A stretch of 27,968 bases of DNA from Candidatus Micrarchaeota archaeon. Lineage in GTDB: Archaea; B1Sed10-29; JAJRYS01. Location: the NCBI GenBank assembly GCA_964643685.1, contig CAZXTN010000002.1, positions 1 to 27,968 on the forward strand. Reading direction: 5' to 3'. The translations under genes and the position numbers were made by a program. Position 1 is the stretch's first letter; each line of letters opens with the position of its first letter. Positions 8,414 through 17,545 of this stretch are shown one piece after another. The notes beneath the pieces are model-generated. The model was not told the DNA's origin, did no database searches, and saw only the letters and a program-made list of their open reading frames with translations.

Positions 8414-8743
8414 TTGCCAATAAGAAAAGCAAAGTCAAAGAAAACTGCTGTGAAAAGCAAAAAGAATAGCTTAGCTTCTGAAATAAAAGAAGTTGAAGCT
8501 TACGAGTACTTGTTAGTCGAGTACTTGAAAGAAATAAGCAATGAAATAACTTACTTGTTGCTTATGATAGTGTCGCTGTTCCTCTACTTAATGATTGAAT
8601 TTATTCAATTGCCAAACACAGTTGACACGCAGATAGTAAAGCTAGTTTTCATAATCCTTACTCTAGGAGGCTTTGGATTATTCGGATTAAGCAGCTTTAC
8701 AAAAAGAAAAATTGAAAAAAAATTCGAACACATATTCTACTAA
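8414..8743 (+). CDS. Hypothetical membrane protein (2 TM)
   Basis: TTG start after GAGGTG; two hydrophobic segments. Confidence 0.7.
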   Translation: MPIRKAKSKKTAVKSKKNSLASEIKEVEAYEYLLVEYLKEISNEITYLLLMIVSLFLYLMIEFIQLPNTVDTQIVKLVFIILTLGGFGLFGLSSFTKRKIEKKFEHIFY

Positions 8744-8817
8744 CAAAAAACTTCAATTTTTCTTAACCTCCCTCCCCTACTTCTTTTTTATACTACTTAT
8801 TCATTAAATTAGAGAAT

Positions 8818-9003
8818 ATGAAAAAACAGATTGTAATTGAAGGCGAATTTTACCACATTATTGAAGAGCTTGGAAACAAGAAGTATGAACACATTGGCTT
8901 CAGAGACAAGGAAAACAAATTTGGCGACATGATGGAATCAATAGTCCCTGAAGTTGGAATGAATAAAAAAGCCAAGCTAATAGTAGAAATAGAAGAAGAA
9001 TAA
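8818..9003 (+). CDS. Small hypothetical protein
   Basis: 61-aa ORF with typical codon usage filling an intergenic gap. Confidence 0.6.
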   Translation: MKKQIVIEGEFYHIIEELGNKKYEHIGFRDKENKFGDMMESIVPEVGMNKKAKLIVEIEEE

Positions 9004-9015
9004 AAAAAAGGAGTT

Positions 9016-10080
9016 TCAGCCGCTTGTTATTACAAGCAAACCCATTGCAATCATAATCAAGCCAGCTATTAGGTGAAGCAGTCTTATCTTCTCTTTTCTT
9101 ATTTTTTCAGCTTTTTCAGTTGAAGACAAGCCGAAGTAAACAAGCAAGCTGATTAAAATCATTGGAAAGATAAAAACAAGGTTGTACAACAACAAAAGAG
9201 GAATAGCTGTTGCCATAGTCGCCTTGTTTGCAAGCATTCCAAGAATAACAATGTAGGGACCGCTTGTGCACGGTAACAGGAACAAGCTGATTATAAAGCC
9301 AATTAAGAAACTTCCTTTGACGCTTGTGACGCTTCTTATGAATTTTTTCATCGTAGGACGCCATGAACGCGGAACTTCAATTACAAAACCAGCTGCTCCG
9401 TAGGCAAAGTAATCCTTCAAATTAAGAGCACCTAATAAAAGAGCAAGCCCCCCTATTACTTTGTAAACAATATGAGTAAGAGAGCTTAATTGGATCACTT
9501 TGAACAAGCCAAAACCCATGGCAAAATAAGAAACATAAACAGCTGACGCAAACGCAAGCCCGCTGTACAAGGCTTTTTTCTTAGTTGAAGCTGATGAAAT
9601 CGTGCTTAGAAGCATTATCAAAACTGCAAAAGCACAGGGGTTGATTGCATCAACTGCAGCTGCACTTAAAACCATTGCAATAGTCAAAGGAGAAGTAACA
9701 TCAGTTCCTTGTTGTGCTTTTTCAATTGGATTAATGCATTCATGAGACTCGCAGTAACTAACTTCTTGCATTATCCTCTGCTGTATTTCTGAATTATAAC
9801 CCACAAGCATTTTGTCATTTATGAACACTGTAGGCACTCCTTTAAACTCTTTTCCATAAGCAGAGGAGTACTTCTGCGCAAGTTCACTATTTGAATGATT
9901 GTGATAAACTTCATAGTAAGTGATAGCTAAATCAGGATGCTGCGGCTGATATTCATTTAACCATGCTTCAAGAGCAGCGCAATGAGGACATCCTTGCCCG
10001 TAAAAAACAACCATGTTAGTTTGCGCAAACAAGACGCTTGAAAAAATCAAAAACAAGAAAAGCATTTTTTTAAAACCCAT
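9016..10080 (-). CDS. Exported glutaredoxin/thioredoxin domain fused to a CcdA/DsbD-type transmembrane domain
   Basis: Signal peptide, CPHC and GVPTVFI, then ~6 TM with INPCAF and LPCTSGPY cysteines. Confidence 0.88.
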   Translation of the reverse strand: MGFKKMLFLFLIFSSVLFAQTNMVVFYGQGCPHCAALEAWLNEYQPQHPDLAITYYEVYHNHSNSELAQKYSSAYGKEFKGVPTVFINDKMLVGYNSEIQQRIMQEVSYCESHECINPIEKAQQGTDVTSPLTIAMVLSAAAVDAINPCAFAVLIMLLSTISSASTKKKALYSGLAFASAVYVSYFAMGFGLFKVIQLSSLTHIVYKVIGGLALLLGALNLKDYFAYGAAGFVIEVPRSWRPTMKKFIRSVTSVKGSFLIGFIISLFLLPCTSGPYIVILGMLANKATMATAIPLLLLYNLVFIFPMILISLLVYFGLSSTEKAEKIRKEKIRLLHLIAGLIMIAMGLLVITSG

Positions 10081-10160
10081 AAAAATCAAACCACCTCTTT
10101 TTCATTTTTTTAATTCTTTTCTTAAATTGACTAAAGTAATCATCATTATTTTTAACTCAC

Positions 10161-11231
10161 TTATTTTTTAATAACTGCTTCAGCATCTTTTAAACCGTTT
10201 CCAGTTATAATCAACGCGACTTTATCATCTTTTTCATAGCTTATTTTTTTCAAAGCAGCTAATGGCGCAGCTGCAGCTGGCTCAGCAAACACTCCTTCCT
10301 TCCCAAGTTCTTTAATTGCGCGAATCATTTCCAAGTCATCAACTTTAACAAACTCTCCTTTGGACTCTTCAACACTGGCAATTGCTGTTTCGCCGTTCAT
10401 CGGCACCTTAACCATAATCGCAGAAGCAATAGTACTTGCTTTTTGAACTGGCTTGATTTCGCCCCCTGTCTTCCATGCATCTGCAATAGGCGCACATGCC
10501 CTTGCTTGCACTCCAATCATCTCAGGCAACTTGTCAATTATTTTCAGCTGTTTCAATTCTTTGAACGCTTTGTAAATAGCAGTTAATACTCCTCCGCTTC
10601 CAACAGGCACTATTATCTTATCAGGAACTTTTAATGATTCATATAATTCAAAGCCAATTGTCTTCAAACCCTCCAAGAAGTAAGGATTGTAGCCGCTTGC
10701 AGCCCAATAAACATTTTTTTCCTCAATCAATTTCTCACTTTCATTAATAGCATCTAAAAAACTGCCATTAACCCTATGCAACTCTGCGCCGTAAGCAATT
10801 ATCTGAGCAATTTTTTCTTCAGTTACACTGGTTGGCAAAAAAATATGCGCTTTCAAGTTACCGTAAGAAGAGTAAGCAGCTACTGAAGCACCCATGTTCC
10901 CAGTCGAAGCAACAGCAACTTCGTTCAACCTCCTGTTAAACGCGTTTGAAATCACGACAGTGCTTCCCCTATCTTTGAAGCTTCCAGTTGGATTGCTTCC
11001 TTCTAGCTTCAAGTAAACCTCATCGTTTGTATCTCTTCTTTTAATCAAGGGAGTTCCTCCTTCGCCTAAAGTAACTGATTCCTGCACTGGAATCATTGAT
11101 TGGTACCTCCACACTCCAAAACCCTGAGGAGCCCACTTCTTGTCTTCAAAATCAGTTAACAAAATGCTTCCGCATTCACACTTGTACTGGAACACTTTAT
11201 ACTTTTTTCCGCATTTAGGACAGTAAAACAT
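10161..11231 (-). CDS. thrC: Threonine synthase-family PLP enzyme with N-terminal Zn-ribbon
   Basis: LGEGGTPL, NPTGSFKDRG, ASTGN, VPVGSGG, EPAAA, ITGNGLKD. Confidence 0.9.
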   Translation of the reverse strand: MFYCPKCGKKYKVFQYKCECGSILLTDFEDKKWAPQGFGVWRYQSMIPVQESVTLGEGGTPLIKRRDTNDEVYLKLEGSNPTGSFKDRGSTVVISNAFNRRLNEVAVASTGNMGASVAAYSSYGNLKAHIFLPTSVTEEKIAQIIAYGAELHRVNGSFLDAINESEKLIEEKNVYWAASGYNPYFLEGLKTIGFELYESLKVPDKIIVPVGSGGVLTAIYKAFKELKQLKIIDKLPEMIGVQARACAPIADAWKTGGEIKPVQKASTIASAIMVKVPMNGETAIASVEESKGEFVKVDDLEMIRAIKELGKEGVFAEPAAAAPLAALKKISYEKDDKVALIITGNGLKDAEAVIKK

Positions 11232-11837
11232 TCAAATCACTTCTTCTTTTTCCAAATATTTATCAAGGAGTTGGGTAATATTAAGTTTTTCCTCTTCGCT
11301 TTTAATTTTTTCAACTGAACAAAAAGTGCTCGGTTTCCTAGGCACGAAATTGCAGCAGGCTCTCTCGCTAGTTGAAATTTCATAAGTTCCAATTTCCCTG
11401 GCAATCTTAATAATCTCCTGCTTGTCAAAGCCAATCAAAGGACGCACAATAGGAATCTTCACTGCCTCGCTTACAGTGACAAGGTTCTGCAAAGTTTGCG
11501 AAGCAACCTGCCCCAAGTTGTCTCCATTTACAAGAAAATCAGCTCCAATCTTCCCAGCTATTTTTTCAGCAAACCTAAGCATTGTCCTCTTGCAAAAAAC
11601 GCATTGAAACTTTCTATCAGCAGAGTCAAAATAAGCCTTCAAAACCTCTCCATAAGGAATTACATGCAGCTTCACGCCAAGCTTCTTAGCGTGCTTCTTA
11701 ACTCTTTCAATTCCCTTCGAACCTTCAATTGAAAAAGTATCAAAATAAACAGCCTCCAAATCCACTCCTTTCTTTTTCATCAAATAACCAGCAACAGGAG
11801 AATCAATTCCACCGCTCAGCAACAACAAACCCTTCAT
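11232..11837 (-). CDS. thiI: ThiI-like tRNA sulfurtransferase, PP-loop domain only (no THUMP domain)
   Basis: LLSGGIDSPVA, CVFC, GDNLGQVASQTLQNL, RPLIGFDKQEI, GTYEIS, CC. Confidence 0.85.
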   Translation of the reverse strand: MKGLLLLSGGIDSPVAGYLMKKKGVDLEAVYFDTFSIEGSKGIERVKKHAKKLGVKLHVIPYGEVLKAYFDSADRKFQCVFCKRTMLRFAEKIAGKIGADFLVNGDNLGQVASQTLQNLVTVSEAVKIPIVRPLIGFDKQEIIKIAREIGTYEISTSERACCNFVPRKPSTFCSVEKIKSEEEKLNITQLLDKYLEKEEVI

Positions 11838-11854
11838 GATGCATCCTTCTTCAT

Positions 11855-12388
11855 TTACTTTAATTGTTTTTTGAAAATTGTTTCATAAAAAGGCTTTTCT
11901 TTAGTCAAGACACTTTCAATCAATTCAACTTCGCTTGCTTCAAAAGAAAAATCAATCCCTCTTCCAATTTTCTTCAATTCACCGACAACTTCTTCGCTTA
12001 ATCTCCTCTTTACTCTCGCAAGAGTAATATGAGGAACATAATCCCTGTTTTCTTTCATAAAACCCTTTGAGTATAACTCTTTTTCAATAAAAGAATTCAA
12101 TTCAATTAATTCACTTGCTTCTGCTTCTGCAAAAACAACTTTGATAAACTCCTCACTTGGAAAAAAACCAATCCCCTTTACTTTAACTTCAAAAGGAGGT
12201 ACTCTTATTTTTTCTAAAACTTTTTTTATTAACTCAGCTTGGTTTTTATCAATTTCACCTAAAAACTTCAAGTTAATGTGCAAATTTTCATCTTCAACTG
12301 CCTTAACACCCTCTTGTTTTGAAAGGAAGCTAAGAGCTTTTCTTAACTGCTCGTTCGGCTTAACTCTCATTCCAATAAATGCCCTCAT
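11855..12388 (-). CDS. thpR: RNA 2',3'-cyclic phosphodiesterase / 2'-5' RNA ligase (2H family)
   Basis: MRAFIG, ENLHINLKFLG, PHITLARVK, L-x-ES-x-L. Confidence 0.9.
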   Translation of the reverse strand: MRAFIGMRVKPNEQLRKALSFLSKQEGVKAVEDENLHINLKFLGEIDKNQAELIKKVLEKIRVPPFEVKVKGIGFFPSEEFIKVVFAEAEASELIELNSFIEKELYSKGFMKENRDYVPHITLARVKRRLSEEVVGELKKIGRGIDFSFEASEVELIESVLTKEKPFYETIFKKQLK

Positions 12389-12455
12389 TCCAACCAGTTA
12401 ATAACAAGAAAAGCAAGATTAAAAATAATGCAGGGTTTAAAAAAAGTGATTAAAC

Positions 12456-13112
12456 ATGGCTCGTTTTGACAGAATCAAGTTAGTTGAAAAAAATTACAAG
12501 AAATTGAAGGGAAAAAAGGTTGGCATAGTCGGCTGCGGTTCTCTTGGCTCCAGAACAGCTGAGCTTTTAGCCAGGTGGGGCATTGATTTTATCTTGATTG
12601 ACTTTGACAAAATTGAAAAAAGCAACTTGGATTCTCAAATTTACTTCGAAAAAGACGTGGGCAAATTCAAGGCAATTGCTTTAAAAAACAAGTTGAAGCA
12701 AATTAATTCAAAAGCAAAACTAGAAGTGCTGAAGAAAGAACTAACTGAAGATAATGCAGAAAAGCTTTTAAGTAAATGCGATTTGGTTGTTGACGGAACT
12801 GACAACTTGAAAGCAAGGTTTGCAATTAACAAAGCATGCAAAAAACTGAAAATACCTTGGGTTTTTGGAAGCGCTGAGAAAAGTGTTGGCATGGCTTCTT
12901 GTTTTGGAAAAAAATACGAGTTTGACAAGTTAATTAAGAAGTCAGTTACTAAGAAGAAGTTTGGGGTTTCTCCGCAGGCAGCTGGCATTGTGGCTGGTTT
13001 TGAAGCAGAGTTTGCTATCAAACTTTTGCTTGGAAAAAGGTTTGAGAAGAAGCTTGTTTTAATTGATTTGAACAACTTTTCAGCTGAAGGATTAATTAAT
13101 CCTTTTTTCTGA
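12456..13112 (+). CDS. ThiF/MoeB/UbaA E1-like adenylyltransferase
   Basis: VGCGSLGS, IDFD-x-IE-x-SNL-x-x-Q, DLVVDGTDN-x-x-AR-x-x-IN; Zn-binding CxxC motifs absent. Confidence 0.87.
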   Translation: MARFDRIKLVEKNYKKLKGKKVGIVGCGSLGSRTAELLARWGIDFILIDFDKIEKSNLDSQIYFEKDVGKFKAIALKNKLKQINSKAKLEVLKKELTEDNAEKLLSKCDLVVDGTDNLKARFAINKACKKLKIPWVFGSAEKSVGMASCFGKKYEFDKLIKKSVTKKKFGVSPQAAGIVAGFEAEFAIKLLLGKRFEKKLVLIDLNNFSAEGLINPFF

Positions 13113-13152
13113 AATGTTTTTATAAGATGCTGATTAAATAATTAAATACATT

Positions 13153-13386
13153 GGAGGGTTGGCAGAGTCCCTTTCCGCTTGAATTATTTCAAGCGGCGGG
13201 GGCTGTAATGGCTATGCATCCGGCTGCAGTTGCCAAGCAGTTTGAATAAAATTGTTTTGGAACAGTAACCGGAAGATCCGAGTTCGAACAGCCGTATCCG
13301 GCTGGCGGGCTGGTTGGCCGTAAAGGCCAACTGTCCTCTTTCAGCGGATATGTCAGCTAGGCGGCGAGAAAGTCTCGGGCCCTCCT
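13153..13386 (+). tRNA. tRNA-Cys(GCA) with three introns: 15/16 (13168-13208, 41 nt), 37/38 (13230-13267, 38 nt), 59/60 (13289-13372, 84 nt)
   Basis: GGAGGGT/GCCCTCC acceptor, U73, TCCGG-CT-GCA-G^A-CCGGA, CCGAG-TTCGAA^T-CTCGG; each insert folds into a BHB/BHL motif; spliced length 71 nt; directly upstream of cysS. Confidence 0.9.
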
Positions 13387-13419
13387 CTTAAAAAAATAGA
13401 AGAAGAAGGTTTTTTTGAA

Positions 13420-14802
13420 ATGATTAAATTCTTTAATACAATGAGCAGGAAAGTGGAAGAGTTCAAGCCTATTCATGAAGAATGGGTTGGGATATACTCC
13501 TGTGGCCCTACTGTTTATTATTACGCGCATATTGGAAATTTAAGAGCTTATGTTTTTGCAGATGTGCTGAAAAGAACATTAGAGTATAACAATTTTAAAG
13601 TCAAGCACGTGATGAACATCACTGACGTGGGACACTTGACAAGTGACAACGACGTGGGTGAAGACAAGCTTGAAAAAGCTAAGGAGAAGGAAAGGAAAAC
13701 AGCTTGGGAAATTGCTCGCTTTTATGAAAAAGCTTTTTTTGAAGATACGGCAAAACTGAACATTATACGCCCAGATATTACTCCAAGAGCAACAGAAGAG
13801 ATAGAGGATCAAATAAAATTAATTCAAAAAATTGAACAAAATGGTTTTGCTTACATTATTGAAGATGGAGTTTATTTTGATACTTCAAAGCTTCCTGATT
13901 ATGGAAAATTAGCTCGTTTGGACATTGAAAATTTAAAGGCAGGTGCAAGAGTAGAAATGGTGGAAGGTAAGAAGAATCCCACTGATTTTGCCTTATGGAA
14001 GTTTTCACCTAAAGACAAGAAAAGAGACATGGAATGGGAGAGTCCTTGGGGTATTGGTTTTCCAGGGTGGCATATTGAATGTTCTGAAATGAGCACTAAA
14101 TACTTAGGGATACCTTTTGATATACACACAGGAGGAGTGGATCATATTCCAGTGCACCATACAAATGAAATTGCACAAGCTGAAGCAGCATACGGCAAAG
14201 AACCTGTAAATTACTGGATGCATAATGAATTTTTAATAATGAAAGATGAGAAGATGTCCAAAAGCAAAGGAGATATTATAACTTTACAAAAATTAATTGA
14301 TAAGGGTTATTCTCCAATGGATTATAGATACCTATTGTTAACTGCTCATTATCGCAAACAATTAACTTTTACATGGGAAGCATTAGATAACGCCAAAAAA
14401 ACCATGAAAAAACTTGAAAGAAAAGTGCTTGAAATCAAAACAGAAGAAAAAACACAACCAAATAGCAAGTATAAACAGAAATTTTTAGAAGCAATAAACA
14501 GCGACTTGAACACTTCAGAAGCATTGGCAGTAATGTGGCAAATGTTAAAAGACGAAGAGATAAGCAATATTGAAAAATATTCCACCTTGCTTGATTTTGA
14601 TAAAGTTCTTGGATTAAGACTAAGTGAAATCAAAGAAGAAGAATCAAGCATACCAGAAGAAGTGAAAAAGTTAGTTGAAGAAAGGGAGCAAGCGAGGAAG
14701 GAGAAGAATTGGAGCAAGGCAGATGAGCTAAGGGATAAGATTAAAGAACTTGGTTTTAGGGTAGTTGACACTAAAGAAGGAGCAAAAATTGAAAAAATTT
14801 AA
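13420..14802 (+). CDS. cysS: Cysteine--tRNA ligase
   Basis: CGPTVY, HIGN, NITDV, DFALWK, PGWHIECS, HHTNE, KMSKS. Confidence 0.98.
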   Translation: MIKFFNTMSRKVEEFKPIHEEWVGIYSCGPTVYYYAHIGNLRAYVFADVLKRTLEYNNFKVKHVMNITDVGHLTSDNDVGEDKLEKAKEKERKTAWEIARFYEKAFFEDTAKLNIIRPDITPRATEEIEDQIKLIQKIEQNGFAYIIEDGVYFDTSKLPDYGKLARLDIENLKAGARVEMVEGKKNPTDFALWKFSPKDKKRDMEWESPWGIGFPGWHIECSEMSTKYLGIPFDIHTGGVDHIPVHHTNEIAQAEAAYGKEPVNYWMHNEFLIMKDEKMSKSKGDIITLQKLIDKGYSPMDYRYLLLTAHYRKQLTFTWEALDNAKKTMKKLERKVLEIKTEEKTQPNSKYKQKFLEAINSDLNTSEALAVMWQMLKDEEISNIEKYSTLLDFDKVLGLRLSEIKEEESSIPEEVKKLVEEREQARKEKNWSKADELRDKIKELGFRVVDTKEGAKIEKI

Positions 14803-15038
14803 ATTTCAGTAGCTTCATCTTCTTTTTCTTCTTGTTTTTCTTTCAGTTTGTCGTTTAATGCTTTTACTAGTTCATCGGCGTCTATGCCGTGGGCTTGCGC
14901 TCCTTGTTCAATTGTTTCAAAATTAGAGAAAGCGCAGCCAAGGCAATGAATGCCGTATAAGATGAAAACGTGGTAAGTTTCAGGGTGTTTGTTTATCACT
15001 TGCATTATATTATCTGTTTTTTTAATTTCTTGACTCAT
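14799..15038 (-). CDS. DUF1858-like redox-disulfide domain protein
   Basis: HPET-x-x-VF-x-x-YGIHCLGC-x-x-x-x-FETIEQGA-x-AHGID. Confidence 0.85.
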   Translation of the reverse strand: MSQEIKKTDNIMQVINKHPETYHVFILYGIHCLGCAFSNFETIEQGAQAHGIDADELVKALNDKLKEKQEEKEDEATEI

Positions 15039-15095
15039 TAATGAATTATTTGATTAAAATAAGTTTTTAATGCTTTGCATGCATAATAAAAAGTA

Positions 15096-15629
15096 ATGGG
15101 AATAAAAAGCATGATTGAGCATAAAATTAAAGGAAAAATAGCTAGAAAAGCTGGAGTGGGAGAGGTATATGAAAAAATGCATACTGCAAAAGTATGGAAA
15201 AAAAGAATAGGAGGAGCAGTTAATAAATTAAAACCTAAACTAAGTTTTACAGAGCAAGTAAAAAAAGCAAGAGAATTAAATGCAAGAGGCAAAGCTAAAG
15301 TAAAAGAAAAAGTAACTAAAAAAACAGCAGAAAAAGAAGTTAAAGAAGAAGAGGGTTTAGTTAGTAAATTAAAAATTCACCCTAAACTACCTTATGCTTT
15401 TGTGCAGAAAGTTAGAAAAGGATTGAATGAAATTTACTTTCAGATAATGGGTTCTAAACTCTCAGCAGAACAAAAAAAAGCAGAAACTGAAATCCTTGAC
15501 ATTACAGCAAGCGCTATTTTAGAGCATATGATGCCTTTAGAAGCTTACAGAGAAGAGTTAATACAAAGAGGATACCCTCCTGAGATAGTGGAAAGATGGA
15601 CTAAAATTTTCCTTGAACTTGTCAAATAA
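15096..15629 (+). CDS. Hypothetical protein with basic N-terminal half
   Basis: 177-aa ORF, no motif recognised. Confidence 0.7.
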   Translation: MGIKSMIEHKIKGKIARKAGVGEVYEKMHTAKVWKKRIGGAVNKLKPKLSFTEQVKKARELNARGKAKVKEKVTKKTAEKEVKEEEGLVSKLKIHPKLPYAFVQKVRKGLNEIYFQIMGSKLSAEQKKAETEILDITASAILEHMMPLEAYREELIQRGYPPEIVERWTKIFLELVK

Positions 15630-15711
15630 CTGAAAAGAAGGATTAAGAAAGATTAAATTTTTTTAAAAACAAACAAGTTAAAAAAAGAAGCATGCAGAAG
15701 CAAATAATTAC

Positions 15712-15861
15712 TTATTTGCTTTTCTTTTCTCCTTTTTTAGGCCTTAATTGATCTGAACCGCATTTTCTGCATTTAGTTGCATTCCATGCATTTGTTGCCT
15801 TGCATTTTCTGCATATTTTTTTCTTCAATCTTCTTTCTTTTGTCTCTGGAAAAATAACCAT
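15712..15861 (-). CDS. rpl40e: 50S ribosomal protein eL40
   Basis: KKICRKC-x-A-x-N-x-x-x-A-x-KCRKCG-x-x-x-LRPK; GGAGG upstream of ATG 15861. Confidence 0.95.
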   Translation of the reverse strand: MVIFPETKERRLKKKICRKCKATNAWNATKCRKCGSDQLRPKKGEKKSK

Positions 15862-16084
15862 TTCAAAAAACCTCCGAGTAAACGTAAGATGAAATTTTCT
15901 CAACTGCTTTTAATTTTTCTGAAACTAAATGTTTAAAAAGCTTTGAGTGTATAATTTTTATGCTTACTTATATTTAAATACATTATCTTTTAAGTGCTGT
16001 ATATTTTTTTAAGATAACAGCAAGAAACGCTTAAAAAGAACAAAATAAAAAAAAGCATTATTGAAAAGACTAACATTAACCAGC

Positions 16085-16201
16085 GCTCCGATCTTCTAGT
16101 TCGGTCAAGGATGCAGGCCTTTCAAAGTGATTTGCTTTTGGAAACAGAAGCAAGCGAACTGAAGTTAGCCTGCGACCCGGGTTCAAATCCCGGTCGGAGC
16201 A
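16085..16201 (+). tRNA. tRNA-Glu(TTC) with a 42-nt canonical 37/38 intron (16125-16166)
   Basis: GCTCCGA/TCGGAGC acceptor, CAGGC-CT-TTC-A^A-GCCTG, CCGGG-TTCAAAT-CCCGG; strict BHB with CTTT/GAAG central helix. Confidence 0.94.
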
Positions 16202-16250
16202 TGGATTGTAAAAAAACCTGAGCACTTCAGCAAAGCTGAATGTGGTCACA

Positions 16251-16312
16251 TTTGATGCAAACTTTGTTAAAGTTTGCTGAAGCTCCCGGTCGGAGCATGT
16301 ATTGTAAAAAAA
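16251..16312 (+). repeat. 30-nt hairpin element followed by a duplicate of the tRNA-Glu 3' end
   Basis: 16284-16312 matches 16188-16216 at 28/29; element 16251-16280 is shared with 16671-16700. Confidence 0.9.
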
Positions 16313-16354
16313 GTTTAAATGAGGTAGAATAGAATTATAGGATGTGAATGTTGA

Positions 16355-16465
16355 ATGAAAAGCAAGCCAAGGAAATGGAAGAAGAAGAATAAGATGCGTT
16401 GGAAGTGGGTTAAGAAAAGAATGCGCAGGGAAAAGAGAAAGAGGAGAAAGAGAGCAGGCAAGTAA
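16355..16465 (+). CDS. rpl41e: Ribosomal protein eL41/eS32, long archaeal form, 36 aa; not in the ORF track
   Basis: Manual translation MKSKPRKWKKKNKMRWKWVKKRMRREKRKRRKRAGK contains the MRWKW-x-KKR-x-RR-x-KRKRR core. Confidence 0.88.
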   Translation: MKSKPRKWKKKNKMRWKWVKKRMRREKRKRRKRAGK

Positions 16466-16522
16466 AGCCTTGTTCTTTTTAATTTGCTTCCTTTTTTTCA
16501 TGTTTTTATTAAAAAGGTATTT

Positions 16523-16638
<116 letters not shown>

Positions 16639-16650
16639 TTTGGAAAAAAA

Positions 16651-16718
16651 TGGGCTTTATGCCCAGGGGTTTTGATGCAACTTTTGTTAAAAGTTGCTGA
16701 GGATCCCTTCCCCTGCAT
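16651..16718 (+). repeat. Two hairpins followed by a duplicate of the tRNA-Leu 3' end
   Basis: 16703-16718 is identical to 16624-16639 (atcccttcccctgcat); hairpin tgggc-tttat-gccca plus the shared 30-nt element at 16671-16700. Confidence 0.88.
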
Positions 16719-16740
16719 ACTAATTTTTTTAAAAATTTAC

Positions 16741-16878
16741 TTAAAAGATTAAGTTGCCTATTAGTGGTTTTGCCAGTTCATTGCTTGTTCCTATTGCGTT
16801 GTGGAAGCTGAGTGCTAGGAGTATTGCAAGGGTAATTACTGCAATTATTACGAAAATTAAAAGCCACTTGTTAATCAT
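16741..16878 (-). CDS. Small single-TM or signal-peptide protein, 45 aa; not in the ORF track
   Basis: Manual translation MINKWLLIFVIIAVITLAILLALSFHNAIGTSNELAKPLIGNLIF; co-oriented downstream of dedA. Confidence 0.55.
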   Translation of the reverse strand: MINKWLLIFVIIAVITLAILLALSFHNAIGTSNELAKPLIGNLIF

Positions 16879-16921
16879 TTTGAAAAACTCATTTTGTTTA
16901 GTTTAAAAGCTGGTTGTTTTT

Positions 16922-17521
16922 TTAATTCTTTTGTTTTTTGCTTTTCCTATGAAGGATAGGTGGCAAGGCAATGGAAGCGAGGATTATTAGGATAATGATT
17001 CCTGTCATTATTTCAACTGAGTTTGGAATCAAGTTGCCTAAGAGGTATCCTGCTAGCACAATTGAAAAAACCCAGGTTAGTCCTCCTAGGATGTTGTATA
17101 TTAGGAAGGAGGGGTAGTGCATTTCAGCAGTGCCTGCTAATGTAGGCGTGATTGTCCTGATTATAGGAACATACCTGGCGAAGAAGATGGATTTGTTGCC
17201 GTGTTTTTTGAAAAATTTTTTTGATTTCTCCAGGTTTTCAGGGTTAAGGTAAGTGTCAAGAAAGTGGTTGTTTTCAAATATTTTTTTTCCTATTTTTTTG
17301 CCTAGGTAGTATCCGAATGAATCGCCTATGACAACTGCAATGAATGAAATTAAGAGAAGGAGGTGGATGTTTAAAATGTTTTTAGAAGCTAGGACTCCTG
17401 CTGTGAAAAGCAAAGTGTCTCCTGGTAAAAAGAATCCGAACAGTAGCCCTGTTTCAGCGAACAAGGTTAAGAATAAAGCAAGGTATCCTGATGAGAGTAT
17501 TAATTCAGTTAAGTTGAACAT
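16922..17521 (-). CDS. dedA: DedA (VTT domain) membrane protein
   Basis: FAETGLLFGFFLPGDTLLF, GD-x-x-GY-x-x-G, FFARYVPIIRT, YN-x-LGG-x-x-W. Confidence 0.93.
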   Translation of the reverse strand: MFNLTELILSSGYLALFLTLFAETGLLFGFFLPGDTLLFTAGVLASKNILNIHLLLLISFIAVVIGDSFGYYLGKKIGKKIFENNHFLDTYLNPENLEKSKKFFKKHGNKSIFFARYVPIIRTITPTLAGTAEMHYPSFLIYNILGGLTWVFSIVLAGYLLGNLIPNSVEIMTGIIILIILASIALPPILHRKSKKQKN

Positions 17522-17545
17522 GTTTTTGATAAAAGATGAATTGGT

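Noticed and set aside
11855-12388. ThpR as the dedicated ligase for the many tRNA introns
   Set aside because: Archaeal tRNA splicing normally uses RtcB; ThpR is widespread and proximity alone is no evidence
3340-13372. Intron-encoded C/D guide RNA or homing endonuclease in the long T-loop introns
   Set aside because: No RUGAUGA/CUGA box pair in the Ser or Cys 59/60 introns, and 84-89 nt is too short for a nuclease ORF
3955-14771. Long antisense ORFs (e.g. 3955-4746, 5221-5718, 5670-6353, 6475-7077, 12641-13075, 14349-14771)
   Set aside because: Shadow frames of well-supported genes, rich in Phe/Ser/Leu, with no motifs
16076-16501. 141-aa minus-strand ORF with an internal repeat (FFYN-x-CSDR)
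   Set aside because: It is antisense to tRNA-Glu, its duplicate and eL41; the repeat is just the tRNA 3' duplication
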